Source: Amphiscolops sp. MND2022 (taxonomy: Eukaryota). Taken from it: a DNA stretch of 64,000 nt. Both the position numbers and the translations under genes were made by a program. The stretch lies in the NCBI GenBank assembly GCA_964187785.1, contig OZ076409.1, positions 74,526,001-74,590,000 on the forward strand, written 5' to 3'. Of the stretch, positions 35,301-49,800 are shown piece after piece; position 1 is the stretch's first letter; each line of letters opens with the position of its first letter. Under the pieces are notes generated by a model. The model was not told the DNA's origin. It ran no database searches and saw only the letters and a program-made list of their open reading frames with translations.

Positions 35301-38300
35301 CTCAAAACGTAATTCATTGCAGTTTGGCAATCAATCAACACCCTTTGTTGTCGTTTGACATACTTTTTTGTTGTTAAAATAAAAAATTTTGTGTATTTAT
35401 TCATTTTTTTCTCATCAAATAACTTGGAACAGTTGAGTACATTCCATCCCCCCCTTCCGGGGGAGATGAGAATGTACTCGCAAAAAGCACCGAACTACGG
35501 CCCTTACCTTCCCGAGCTACGCAGTATAAGGATTACATATTGGTTCCGACATTTTCATAGAGTTATATCTTGGTAATCTGTCTGGATATGCCGAAAAATC
35601 AGCACGTGCCTTTTAATATCAAGTTGCTTACAACGACAATTATTTTATATCAACGCCCCCATATTTATCAACGCCCCCCGTCCGTGGGCATGCCGAGGCA
35701 TGCCCTTCGACGACCCGCACCAAAATATACGTCGAGCGCGGTAGCAGCTAGGTGCCGGTGTCTTTTTACACAATGGGGGAAGTTGCGCGGTTGGGGAGGG
35801 TCCCTGACGCGCTTCCGTGAGATCAGGTCTTTCAACCGATGAAAACGACATAAAAAATTGGGATCTCGAAAACTAGCCATACGATTTGGCTGAAATTTGG
35901 CACACGTACCCCCCTTGGCACGGTGAAGATGATTCCCTACTGACGTTTTGCTCGCTAAACATTTTTTGTTGACCAAAATAACGGTTTTTGGGGTAAAATT
36001 TTCGACTTTTTTTAAATTTCATCTTATATCTCGCCACGGGTTCACGCTAGCGCTTCCAAACCTTGCTGACGAAAGTTTGCAAACTGTCTCAGGAATGCTG
36101 TGTGAAATTTTCAGCTCAATCGGACTTAAACTCGGGGAGATATAGCGTTTTTCCGGAGCGGGGGGGTTTCATTTTTCTAACGGTCCAGCTTATCTTTGCC
36201 AATTTTTCGAAAATGCACTCGCCTAAAGGCCTCCCCTGGCCGGTTTTATTCCCAGCAAAACCATTTGGCCCTAAATACGGAGTTTCAGCGTTCTAGCATT
36301 CCCGGGCGAAAAGTTGTGGGACTTAGAAAATTTCAAAAATTTTCAAAAATTTTTTTTTCCGTTATTTGTGCCCCCAAAGTGGGGGAAAGCACCCTCCAAC
36401 CAGTAAAGCAAGTGAATGCATGTGCAAAGCCCTTGTTTAGAGGAGAAAAATGCCGTTTGGAACGTCTTTTTATCTTGGCTCAACGTTGACTTATGACGTT
36501 TTGAAGGTGATGTTTGGAGGTGTAAAGCACGTGAATAGTAAACGTTATGAGTATTTATCTGATCTGAAAGCCATTGAGATGCAATATGGTTTGCTCAAAA
36601 CGTAATTCATGGCAGTTTGGCAATCAATCAACACCCTTTGTTGTCGTTTGACATACTTTTTTGTTGTTATAATAAAAAATTTTGTGTATTTATTCATTTT
36701 TTTTCTCATCAAATAACTTGAAACAGTTGAGTACATTCCATCCCCCCCCTTCCGGGGGAGATGAGAATGTACTCGCAAAAAGCACCGAACTACGGCCCTT
36801 ACCTTCCCGAGCTACGCAGTATAAGGATTACATATTGGTTCCGACCTTTTCATAGAGTTATATCTTGGTAATCTGTCTGGATATGCCGAAAAATCAGCAC
36901 GTGCCTTTTAATACCAAGTTGCTCACAACGACAATTATTTTATATCAACGCCCCCATATTTATCAACGTCCCCCGTCTGTGGGCATGCCGAGGCATGCCC
37001 TTCGACGACGTATACCAAGATATGCGTTAACGCGTTAGCCTAGGTGCCGGTGTTTTTTTACACAAAGGGGGATGTTGCGCGTGTGGGGAGGGTCCCTGAC
37101 GCGCTCCCGGGATTTCGGATTTTTTAACCTTTACGTACCCATCAAAAATTTTGGGATCTCGAAAACTAGCCGTACGATTTGGCTGAAATTTGGCACACGT
37201 ACCCCCCTCGGCACGGTGAAGATGATTCCCTACTGACGTTTTGCTCGCTAAACATTTTTTGTTGACCAAAATAACGGTTTTTGGGGTAAAATTTTCAACT
37301 TTTTTTAAATTTCATCTAAAATCTCGCCACGGGTTTACGCTAGCGCTTTCAAACCTTGCTAACGAAACCTTGCAAACTGTCTCAGGAATGCGGTGTGAAA
37401 TTTTCAGCTCAATCGGACTCAAACTCGGGGAGATATAGCGTTTTTCCGGAGCGGGGGGGTTTCATTTTTCTAACGGTCCAGCTTATCTTTGCCATTTTTT
37501 CGAAAATGCACTCGCCTAAAGGCCTCCCCTGGCCGGTTTTATTCCCAGCAAAACCATTTGGCCCTAAATACGGAGTTTCAGAGTTCCAGCATTCCCGGGC
37601 GAAAAGTTGTGGGACTTAGAAAATTTCAAAAATTTTCAAAAAAAATTTTTTCCGTTTTCCGCCCTCCCCCCCTAGGGGAAAAGACCCCCCAACCAGTAAT
37701 TTGAGTGAATTCATGTGGAAAGGCCATGTTTAGAGGAGAAAAATGCCGTTTAGAACGTCTTTTTATCTTGGCTCAACGTTGACTTATGACGTTTTGAAGG
37801 TGATGTTTGGAGGTGTAAAGCACGTGAATAGTAAACGTTATGAGTATTTATCTGATCTGAAAGCCATTGAGATGCAATATGGTTTGCTCAAAACGTAATT
37901 CATTGCAGTTTGGCAATCAATCAACACCCTTTGTTGTCGTTTGACATACTTTTTTGTTGTTATAATAAAAAATTTTGTGTATTTATTCATTTTTTTCTCT
38001 TCAAATAGCTTGAAACAGTTGAGTACATTCCATCCCCCCCTTCCGGGGGAGATGAGAATGTACTCGCAAAAAGCACCGAACTACGGCCCTTACCTTCCCG
38101 AGCTACGCAGTATAAGGATTACATATTGGTTCCGACATTTTTATAGAGTTAAATTTTGGTAATCTGTCTGGATATGCAGAAAAATCAGCACGTGCCTTTC
38201 AATACCAAGTTGCTTACAACGACAATTATTTTATATCAACGCCCCCATATTTATCAACGCCCCCCGTCCGTGGGCATGCCGAGGCATGCCCTTCGACGAC

Positions 38301-39610
38301 GTATACCAAGATATACATAAGCGCGGTAGCCGCTAGGTGCCGGTGTTTTTTTACACAAAGGGGGATGTTGCGCGTGTGGGGAGGGTCCCTGACGCGCTCC
38401 CGGGATTTCGGATTTTTTAACCTTTACGTACCCATCAAAAATTTTGGGATCTCGAAAACTAGCCGTACGATTTGGCTGAAATTTGGCACACGTACCCCCC
38501 TCGGCACGGTGAAGATGATTCCCTACTGACGTTTTGCTCGCTAAACATTTTTTGTTGACCAAAATAACGGTTTTTGGGGTAAAATTTTCAACTTTTTTTA
38601 AATTTCATCTTATATCTCGCCACGGGTTTACGCTACCGCTTCCAAACCTTGCTGACGAAACCTTGCAAACTGTCTCAGGAATGCGGTGTGAAATTTTCAG
38701 CTCAATCGAACTTAAACTCGGGGAGATATAGCGTTTTTCCGGAGCGGGGGGGTTTCATTTTTCTAACGGTCCAGCTTATCTTTGCCATTTTTTCGAAAAT
38801 GCACTCGCCTAAAGTCCTCCCCTGGCCAGTTTTATTCCCGGCAAAACCATTTGGCCCTAAATACGGAGTTTCAGCGTTCCAGCATTCCCGGGCGAAAAGT
38901 TGTGGGACTTAGAAAATTTCAAAAATTTTCAAAAAAATTTTTTTCCGTTATTTGGGCCCCCAAAGTGGGGGAAAAGACCCCCCAACCAGTAAAGCAAGTG
39001 AATGCATGTGGAAAGCCCTTGTTTAGACGAGAAAAATGCCGTTTAGAACGTTTTTTTATCGTAACTTGACATTGACTTTTGTCGTTTTGAAGGTGACCGT
39101 TAGATACAGAAAATTGATATTTTGAGTGTTTATCCCATCTGAAAGCCATTGAGATACAAAATTTTTTGTTCAAAACGTGTTTCATTGCAGTTTCGCTGTC
39201 CATTAACACCATTTGGTGTCTTTTGATGTAATTTTCTTTTCTATAATAACAATTTCTTTGTGTATTTATTCATTTTTTTCTCATCAAATAACTTGAAACA
39301 GTTGAGTACATTCCATCTCCCTTCCCGGGGGAGATGAGAATGTACTCGCTAAAGGTCAGGAACTACGGTCTATATCTTCCAAAACACAAAAGAGATTGCA
39401 AATGGTTTCAGTTTGTCGCAGAAAACTTCTTTTTGCACTCTGTGACTCGACAAAGTGAACGTTTCTTACTTACTTTGAATCTCACCATACCACAACTCAT
39501 CTCTAACGTCAACGCCCCCCACACACATCAACGCCCCCCGTCCGTGGGCATGCTGAGGCATGCCCTTCGACGACGTATAACAAAATATATTCGAACGCGG
39601 TAGCGGCTAG
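29310..39610 (+). repeat. Run of 8 main-family units (1274-1295 bp)
   Basis: Junction spacing and the shared blocks described above. Confidence 0.9.
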
Positions 39611-40999
39611 GTGGTTGGGGCGGTCCCCAGAACGCACAAGGAGGCGCGGGGAGGGTCCTGCGCCGACGTAGAATAATTTCATATAATACTAGTATCCTAC
39701 ATGGGTGTTTTAGAGGCGATTTTGGAATCTAACCGTAGGATTTGGATAATTTTTTGCATGCGGCCATAACTCGAAATTCTAAGAACTTTTTCCTACTGTC
39801 ATTTTCCCCGCAAATTGTTTTTTGTTGACTTATGGCCGAAAAACCGGAAATAACGTCCTTTTTAGACGTTATATCCGAAGTGTCGTCATAACTTTTTTCC
39901 AGGGCATGCTAGCGTTCTCGTTCACTTTTACACTTAGTTGCAGCATCTCAAAATACAACTGGTGGAAAATTTTGGTTGCATTCGGATCACCCCCCACCGA
40001 GATAGAAGGGTTCCCCCCTCAAGTTTTACCCCCCAAATTTGCAAAATAGCCAATTTTGAGCATGAAGCCGAGGATTTAGCGTACCCGCACCCTCCTGATG
40101 TTTTGTTGTACGTATTGGGGTCAATCTGACGACATGTGTGGTTTTCACCCCCAACCCCCCCTTGGACCGGAAATGACACTTTTTTGTGTTTTTTGGCAGA
40201 ATTTAGCCTTTTTCATTATTAGGCAGTCGTTTTAGGGACTCCTAGCAGGATATCGAAATTGAAATACAACCTGATCACAACCCAGTGACAACATGTTGGC
40301 CACTTGGAGGTATCATCATGACCGGAAGTTGGGGTCAACCCCCCTTTTTGTGACCGCTTTTTGACCTTGTGCACCAAAATGCCAACATCTTGAGGCCTAA
40401 TGAGGCATTCAAATCTGTACAAAGATAAAATATTAGACAACCGAAGTCCCGGAAGATCTTTAGCATATACCGGAAGTTACCCCCCATGACCGGAAGTTAC
40501 CCAATGTGACCGGAAATGGTCCAAAAATTAATGTAAAGTTGAATTTTTCACTATTTCAAGACCACTTAATTGAAACTTTTCAATCTCAAAACTAGCGTAT
40601 TGGCTTGTTTTGCTGAATTTATGGAAATTGATGAGCCCTATCACCCCCGATAGCCTTCGAAGTTGACCTTGCGTCAACTTTGGAGGCTATCGATACTGAA
40701 AATGAACAACAAAGTACATTGTTGCTCTCGGTTTTTTCCCGTTGTTTTTCCTCAAACATTCTTGAGACATTTACATGGCCGTTAGTTGAAATCAATATTT
40801 AGCCCATGTTATAGCTGGACCAGCGAAGCGTTACACAGACTAGTGTGGTTTTGAAATTACATTATTTAAATTAACAACAGATCGTTTTAGTCAACTCCAC
40901 ACATTCATACCAACGCCCACCGTCTGTGGGCATGCCGAGGCATGCCATTCGACGACGTATGACGAATCCACTCCAACGACACCCGCAGTCCTCAGCTAG
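39611..40999 (+). mobile_element. Array unit, 1389-bp ACCGGAAGT subfamily (near-identical to 52034-53421)
   Basis: Head GTGGTTGGGGCGGTCCCC; CCGGAA trio at 40469/40489/40509; hairpin at 40648-40692; core present. Confidence 0.6.
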
Positions 41000-43900
41000 G
41001 TGGCCGGAAATTTTTTTTTTCAGCAAAATCTTTGCCATTGGGGGAGGGGCCCCGGATGGCCAGTAGTACGGCAGAGCTTCCTACCAAATCCAGGCGGAAA
41101 AAACGTGATTTCGGAAACTAGCCGTCAGAATTTGCTCAAAATTTGCATACGGCTTCCTATGACAATCCTAAGAACTAATCCCTACTGGCATTTTGCCCGA
41201 AAAACGCAAAAAGTTGGTCAAAATCTTAGTTTTTTGGTCAAAAAATGGCAATTTTTCGAAAAAAATTTTTTTCAGAGACAATTACTCGTAACTGGTTCAC
41301 CCAGCGCAAAAACGCCTAGCTGATTTATTGTTGGGCACTTCATGAGGAGTGCGTATACAAATTTTCGTCCAGATCGGAAAAAAAAATGACTAAGTATTAG
41401 CCGGAATTCGGACGCATTTTTTCGCAAATTTTTGAAAACCTAGTCTATCTCTGCCGTTTTTTGCCCGGATTTTTTTCCAGGTCCTCTCCTAAAGGCCTCC
41501 CCTGGCCGGTTTACTTCCCAGAAAAACCATTTGGCCCTAAATACGGAGTTTCAGCGTTCTAGCATTCCCGGGCGAAAAGATGTGGGACTTAGAAAAAATT
41601 TAAAATTTTTCAAAAAAATTTTTTTTTCGTTTTCCGGCCCCACAATGAAAGGGAACGACCCCCCAACGAGGATTTTTGGTGAATTCACGTGGAAAGGCCT
41701 TGTTTTGTGGAGAAAATTGCCGTTTAGAGCGACTTTTTATCTTAACTTGACGTTGACCTCTGTCGTTTTGAATTTGATATTAGTATGTGTTGAGCATGTG
41801 AAAAGTTGATGATTTCAGTTGTTCTCTCGTGTTCAAGCCATTGAGATACAAGCGGTAGTGATCAAAATGTGATTTATCGCAATTTGATGGTGCTTTTGGT
41901 GTATTTTGATTCTTTTAAATAAAAAGTTGTTCTTTATATATTTGGTGTATTGATTCAAATGAACAAAAAACAGTTGAGTACATTTCATCTCCCCCCTTGT
42001 GGGGGAGATGAGGATGTACCCGCTAAATGACACGCACAATGGCCCAATTTTATTTTTATGCGACATTTTCTAGGCTTTTGCGCAAGCCCACTAAAATTTA
42101 GACTGGTTTCCTTTTCTTTTACTCCAAAATTTTCCGTACTAACCACCTTACGCACCACCAGCTCAACGTAACATCTGTAACGTCAACGCCACACACTCTC
42201 ACTAACGCCCACCGTCCGTGGGCATGCCGAGGCATGCCCTTCGACGACGTACGCCAAATAGCGCCACAGGGCGCCCAATTTTGTCTAGGTGCCGGTGTTT
42301 TTTTACACAATGGGGGAAGTTGCGCGTGTGGGGAGGGTCCCTGACGCGCTCCCGGGATTTCGGATTTTTTAACCTTTACGTACCCATCAAAAATTTTGGG
42401 ATCTCGAAAACTAGCCGTACGATTTGGCTGAAATTTGGCACACGTACCCCCCTCGGCACGGTGAAGATGATTCCCTACTGACGTTTTTCCCGCTAAACAT
42501 TTTTTGTTGACCAAAATAACGGTTTTTGGGGTAAAATTTTCAACTTTTTTTAAATTTCATCTTATATCTCGCCACGGGTGCACGCTAGCGCTTCCAAACC
42601 TTGCTGACGAAAGTTTGCAAACTGTCTCAGGAATGCTGTGTGAAATTTTCAGCTCAATCGGACTTAAACTCGAGGAGATATAGCGTTTTTCCGGAGCGGG
42701 GGGGTTTCATTTTTCTAACGGTCCAGCTTATCTTTGCCATTTTTTCGGAAATGCACTCGCCTAAAGGCCTCCCCTGGCCGGTTTTATTCCCAGCAAAACC
42801 ATTTGGCCCTAAATACGGAGTTTCAGCGTTCCAGCATTCCCGGGCGAAAAGTTGTGGGACTTAGAAAAGTTCAAAAATTTTCAAAAAAATTTTTTTCCGT
42901 TATTTGGGCCCCCAAAGTGGGGGAAAAGACCCCCCAACCAGTAAGGCAAGTGAATGCATGTGCAAAGCCCTTGTTTAGAGGAGAAAAATGCCGTTTAGAA
43001 CGTCTTTTTATCTTGGCTCAACGTTGACTTATGACGTTTTGAAGGTGATGTTTGGAGGTGTAAAGCACGTGAATAGTAAACGTTATGAGTATTTATCTGA
43101 TCTGAAAGCCATTGAGATGCAATATGGTTTGCTCAAAACGTAATTCATGGCAGTTTGGCAATCAATCAACACCCTTTGTTGTCGTTTGACATACTTTTTT
43201 GTGGTTATAATAAAAAATTTTGTGTATTTATTCATTTTTTTCTCATCGAATAACTTGAAACAGTTGAGTACATTCCATCCCCCCTTCCGGGGGAGATGAG
43301 AATGTACTCGCAAAAAGCACCGAACTACAGCCCTTACCTTCCCGAGCTACGCAGTATAAGGATTACATATTGGTTCCGACATTTTCATAGAGTTAAATCT
43401 TGGTAATCTGTCTGGATATGCAGAAAAACCAGCACGTGCTTTTTTATACCAAGTTGCTCACAACGACAATTATTTTATATCAACGCCCCCATATTTATCA
43501 ACGCCCCCCGTCCGTGGGCATGCCGAGGCATGCCCTTCGACGACGTATACCAAGATATGTTCGAGCGCGTTAGCCTAGGTGCCGGTGTCTTTTTACACAA
43601 TGGGGGAAGTTGCGCGGTTGGGGAGGGTCCCTGACGCGCTTCCGTGAGATCAGGTTTTTCAACTAGTGAAATCGACAAAGAAAATTGAGATCTCGTAAAC
43701 TAGCCATACGATTTGGCTGAAATTTGGCACACGTACCCCCCTCGGCACGGTGAAGATGATTCCCTACTGACGTTTTTCCCGCTAAACATTTTTTGTTGAC
43801 CAAAATAACGGTTTTTGGGGTAAAATTTTCAACTTTTTTTAAATTTCATCTTATATCTCGCCACGGGTACACGCTAGCGCTTCCGAACCTTGCTGACGAA

Positions 43901-44869
43901 AGTTTGCAAACTGTCTCAGGAATGCTGTGTGAAATTTTCAGCTCAATCGGACTTAAACTCGAGGAGATATAGCGTTTTTCCGGAGCGGGGGGGTTTCATA
44001 TTTCTAACGGTCCAGCTTATCTTTGCCATTTTTTCGAAAATGCACTCGCCTAAAGGCCTCCCCTGGCCGGTTTTATTCCCAGCAAAACCATTTGGCCCTA
44101 AATACGGAGTTTCAGCGTTCCAGCATTCCCGGGCGAAAAGTTGTGGGACTTAGAATTTTTCAAAAATTTTCAAAAAATTTTTTTTCCGTTATTTGGGCCC
44201 CCAAAGTGGGGGAAAGCACCCCCCAACCAGTAAAGCAAGTGAATGCATGTGGAAAGCCCTTGTTTAGAGGAGAAAAATGTCGTTTAGAACGTCTTTTTAT
44301 CTTGGCTCAACGTTGACTTATGACGTTTTGAAGGTGATGTTTGGAGGTGTAAAGCACGTGAATAGTAAACGTTATGAGTATTTATCTGATCTGAAAGCCA
44401 TTGAGATGCAATATGGTTTGCTCAAAACGTAATTCATTGCAGTTTGGCAATCAATCAACACCCTTTGTTGTCGTTTGACATACTTTTTTGTTGTTATAAT
44501 AAAAAATTTTGTGTATTTATTCATTTTTTTCTCATCAAATAACTTGAAACAGTTGAGTACATTCCATCCCCCCTTCCGGGGGAGATGAGAATGTACTCGC
44601 AAAAAGCACCGAACTACGGCCCTTACCTTCCCGAGCTACGCAGTATAAGGATTAGATATTGGTTCCGACATTTTCATAGAGTTAAATCTTGGTAATCTGT
44701 CTGGATATGCAGAAAAATCAGCACGTGCCTTTTAATACCAAGTTGCTTACAACGACAATTATTTTATATCAACGCCCCCATATTTATCAACGCCCCCCGT
44801 CCGTGGGCATGCCGAGGCATGCCCTTCGACGACGTATACCAAGATATACATAAGCGCGGTAGCCGCTAG
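41000..44869 (+). repeat. Run of 3 main-family units
   Basis: Junctions at 40996, 42285, 43575 and 44866. Confidence 0.9.
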
Positions 44870-46885
44870 GTGGTCGGGGTTTTCTCCCCACCTTTATTTG
44901 CGAGCGCGGGAGACGGGTCCTATCGCGAGCCTTAGATACCAAAAATAGCCTATCCGCGACCGGGTCAAAAAAATGCGATCTCGAAAACTAGCCGTACGAT
45001 TTGGCTGAAATTTGGCACACGGCTTCCTATAACAGTTCTAAGAAACATTTACTACTGACGTTTTGCTGGCAAAAATCGAAAAGTGGGTCAAAATAACGGT
45101 TTTTGGGGTAAAAAGTAGCGTTTTTTTGAAAATTTTGCATTTCACAGCCAATTACTCGGAAATGGTCGATCCAGCGCAGTAACGCCTTGCTGATTTATTG
45201 TTGGGCACGTCAAGAGGCGTACGTACACAAATTTTGGTCCATATCGGACTGAAACTTGGGGAGATATTAACGGTAGTTTGGGGGTTTCAAACCGCTATTT
45301 TACAGGAAATTGCACTTTTTGACCGGGAAGGAGTTGTCTGAGTGCGGGGTCGTTTGGTAATGTTTTGTAGAGCATCTGGGGACGTAGTGGGGGACATGTA
45401 ATTTAATGACCCCGGTTAACCCCTCGGACGGGAAATGACCGTTATGTGGGTTTTAAATGTGGCCCCCGCCAATTTTCCCCGTTATTTCCGGTGTGAAGGA
45501 GTGGTAGTAGCGCGTCGGGTGCCTTATATCAAAAGTACGTTTAGACAAGGACCTATTGGAAACATGTGGTTTGGGACCCTTTGAACGGACCCGTTAGCCG
45601 CTAATGGGGTGACTGCCTCCTTTTTTTGGGGGTAATACCGTAAAACGGGCATTGAAGTGAAATTAACTCGTGAACGCGTGGAGCTATCGTGTCCTTCACT
45701 ACTACAAGGTTTCATACCCATGATATGGTGCCTTCAGGGGGGCGAACAGATTTCCGCTATCTATCACCGTTACGGACTTGGCCCCCCAGCCTAACCGCTA
45801 TGTGACCGGAAATGTCACTTTTTGAGCCCAAAGTGTCGGTCCCAGCGTGGCAACGTTAGGTAACATATTGTAGTACACATTGAGACGAGTCGGGGGATTT
45901 AGTTTCAGTCACACCCTGTTGGCCCGTTAGGTCGGAAATGACCGTTATGTAGTGAAAAATGGGATTTTAATAGTTTTTGAAGGCCATTTCGGGCAGGAAG
46001 GAGGGGTAATATGACTTTGGACACCATATGATGGAAGACGTGAAGTGTGACGAGCATTCCGGATTAACCGTTATGATGACCCGGAAGTCCCCCTGGCCCC
46101 GGAAATGACCAAAAAAATGTAACATTTTGTGTTTTATGATTAAAAATGTTTGTTATTTAACCGAATAAAGTACATGTTAGGTGTTTCAATTTCTTCCAGA
46201 GGTGAATATAGTCCAATTACATGGTGGGGGGTAACGGTATATTGCCCCGGAAGTCCAACCCGTTGGGTCTGAGTATGTTTTTCGGGTTTTAAAATGTGTC
46301 AAAACGTACTTTTGTGTAATAAATCTCTATTGTAGGCTAATAAGGACCATTTTTGAAGAGTTTAAATTTTTTCATAGTAGTTTGTGGAACACCAAAACCT
46401 CAAAAAACATAACCGTTATAATATGATAGCCTTTCAAGTTGGCCTTGTGTCAACTTGGAAAGGCTATCCTTCAAGACTCATGCAACAAAGAAGTTTTTGG
46501 GTACATTTGTAATGCTTTAGTGTCAATTAGAGTATCAACAAGAGTATACCAAGCACTAAAACTATGTCTAGTTTTCGTTATTAGGATATTAGTTTCCTTA
46601 ATATTTGTCGGAAATGCTTTTTTTAATCTCTTTTAATGTGGTCTAAATACTCTGAAAACACTTTATCGAACCAATTTTCTTGGATGAACCTTAGTAACAA
46701 TACTAAAAATCGTAGACAACCTTGCTTCGTTTAAATATTTGAAGCTGAAACCGCACCTTACCGTTGCTCAAACTTCAACCCGACGCCCCATAGCATACAT
46801 CAACGCACATCGTCTGTGGGCATGCCGAGGCATGCCCTTCGACGACGTATGCCAAATACCTTTAACCCGACGCCCGCAGTCCTGG
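44870..46885 (+). mobile_element. Array unit, singleton ~2.0-kb family
   Basis: Main-family-like first ~400 bp followed by a unique body with CCGGAA motifs. GATAGCC hairpin at 46425-46468, core at ~46801-46850, degenerate junction CTGGGTG at 46882. Confidence 0.55.
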
Positions 46886-49800
46886 GTGCCCTAATCCATC
46901 GATTTGCTCAACACTTCGAGGGCAGGGTAGGGCCCCTTGCCCGAGCCAAAAAGTCGGATACTTACGACAGACAACTTAAGGCGATTGGGACAGTCTGACC
47001 CCGATCTTCTAAACGAGCCTATCGATTTGGCTCAAATTTTGCATGCGGCTTCCTCTAGCAATTCTAAGAAGTTTTCCCTACTACCATTTTGCCCGGAAAA
47101 TTTTTTTTGTTGACTTATAGACAATTTTAGGTGCCGAAAATGGCGTTTTTTTGAAAAAATTTTTTTTAAGAGCCCATATCTCGCTCCCAGGTGCTCGGAG
47201 CGGGTCGCATGTGGACGTCGATATTGCTGGGCACTTCGTAAGGAGTCCGTAGACAAATTTTCGTACAGATCGGATTAACATGGACTGAGTAATAGCCGAA
47301 ATTCGGACGCATTTTGTCGACATTTTTCGAAAACCTAGTCTATCTCTGCCGTTTTTTGCCCAGATTTTTTTCCAGGACCTCTCCTAAAGACCTCCCCTGG
47401 CCGGTTTACCTCCCAGAAAAACCATTTGGCCCTTTTGCCGCAGTTTCAGCGTTCCAGGATTCCCCGGGTAAAAGTAAAATGTCTTAGAATTTTTTCGAAA
47501 AATTTTCAAAAAAAATTTTTTTCAACTTCAGACCATCCAAAGTCAAGAAACGTCCACACAACTAGTATTGCAAGTGGATGCATGTGGAAAGTGCTCGAAT
47601 AGACGAGAAAAATGAGCTATTATAAACCTCTGTAGCTTAACCTGACGTTGACTTATGACAATTTTAGTGTGAGCTTGCTATGTGAGAAAAAATTTCAAAA
47701 ATTGAAAATCGAAGCTAAGTCTCATCCAAAACTCATCGGAATACGTTCAATCCATACCAAAGCGGTTTGTTCCCAGTTGTAGAGTGCAGCAACACCATTC
47801 AAGGTCATTTGACCCACTTTAATAGGTTTTGACTTTGTCTTATCCATCCGAAAATTCGAAACAGTTAAGTACATTCCATCTCCCCTCCGTGGGAGATGGT
47901 AATGTACTCGCAAAAAGCCAAGTATAACCGCCCTATTCTACCCGTAGTGGTGCTAGAAGAGCAGTAGCGTGAGCTCCAGGTTTGCAGTAGTCTCTATGTG
48001 TTATAATTATATTTTTCATAGCTAAAAATCTTACTAAACGTGATAAAAAAAATTACATCACTCAAAATTTTTTCAAATATTATTATATGTCCCCAATTGA
48101 CGCACGTCAACTATTTCACTACAACCACCCTACCACCCGGCCCCTCGTATCTTTGTTCAACCGTACACGTCTAGGTGCCCGGATTTCTATTCATTAAAGT
48201 ATGTTGCGCGTGTGGGTAGGGCCCCGTGGCGCGCTCTTGTGTCCCTGTTCTAAAATCTGTAATTTCCGGCAGCATTCTGAGCGATTTTCTAAACTATCCA
48301 TACGATTTGGCTGAAATTTGGCACACGTACCCCCCTCGGCACGGTGAAGATGATTTCCTACTGACGTTTTTCCCGCAAAATTTTTTTTGTTGTCCAAAAT
48401 AACGGTTTTTGGGGTAAAATTTTGAACTTTTTTTAAATTTCATCTTATATCTCGCCACGGGTTTACGCTAGCGCTTCAAAACCCTGCTAAAGAAAGCTTG
48501 CAAACTGTCTCAGGAATGCTGTGTGAAATTTTCAGCTCAATCGGACTCAAACTCGGGGAGATATAGCGTTTTTCCGGAGCGGGGGGGTTTCATTTTTCTA
48601 ACGGTCCAGCTTATCTTTGCCATTTTTTCGAAAATGCACTCGCCTAAAGGCCTCCCCTGGCCGGTTTTATTCCCAGCAAAACCATTTGGCCCTAAATACG
48701 GAGTTTCAGCGTTCCAGCATTCCCGGGCGAAAAGTTGTGGGACTTAGAAAAGTTCAAAAATTTTCAAAAAATTTTTTTTCCGTTTTCCGCCCTCCCCCCC
48801 TAGGGGAAAAGACCCCCCAACCAGTAATTTGAGTGAATTCATGTGGAAAGGCCATGTTTAGAGGAGAAAAATGCCGTTTAGAACGTCTTTTTATCTTGAC
48901 TCAACGTTGACTTATGACGTTTTGAAGGTGATGTTTGGAGGTGTAAAGCACGCGAATAGTAAACGTTATGAGTATTTATCTGATCTGAAAGCCATTGAGA
49001 TGAATATGGTTTGCTCAAAACGTAATTCATGGCAGTTTGGCAATCAATCAACACCCTTTGTTGTCGTTTGACATACTTTTTTGTTGTTATAATAAAAAAT
49101 TTTGTGTATTTATTCATTTTTTTCTCATCAAATAACTTGAAACAGTTGAGTACATTCCATCCCCCCCTTCCGGGGGAGATGAGAATGTACTCGCAAAAAG
49201 CACCGAACTACGGCCCTAACCTTCCCGAGCTACGCAGTATAAGGATTACATATTGGTTCCGACATTTTCATAGAGTTAAATCTTGGTAATCTGTCTGGAT
49301 ATGCAGAAAAACCAGCACGTGCTTTTTTATACCAAGTTGCTTACAACGACAATTATTTTATATCAACGCCCCCATATTTATCAACGCCCCCCGTCCGTGG
49401 GCATGCCGAGGCATGCCCTTCGACGACGTATACCAAGATATACATCGAGCGCGTTAGCCTAGGTGCCGGGATTTCTATTCGATAAAGTAAGTTGCGCGGT
49501 TGGGTAGGGCCCCGTGAGCGCGCCCGTGTCTGTGTTTTTTGAACCTGAATTTGCGGGTGCCAAAATAGACGATCTCCTAAACTATCCATACGATTTGGCT
49601 CAAATTTGGCATACGGGTTCCTGAGACAGATATAAGAACTAATTCCTACTGGCGTTTTGCCCGGAAAATTTTTTTTGTTGCCCAAAATTGAAATTTTCGG
49701 CAAAAAAATGCGATTTTTTTTGAAAAATTTTTTTTGAGAGGCCATAACTTTTTTCAGGGAGCCCGGAGCGGGACGCGTTAAACTGATTATAAACTCTACG

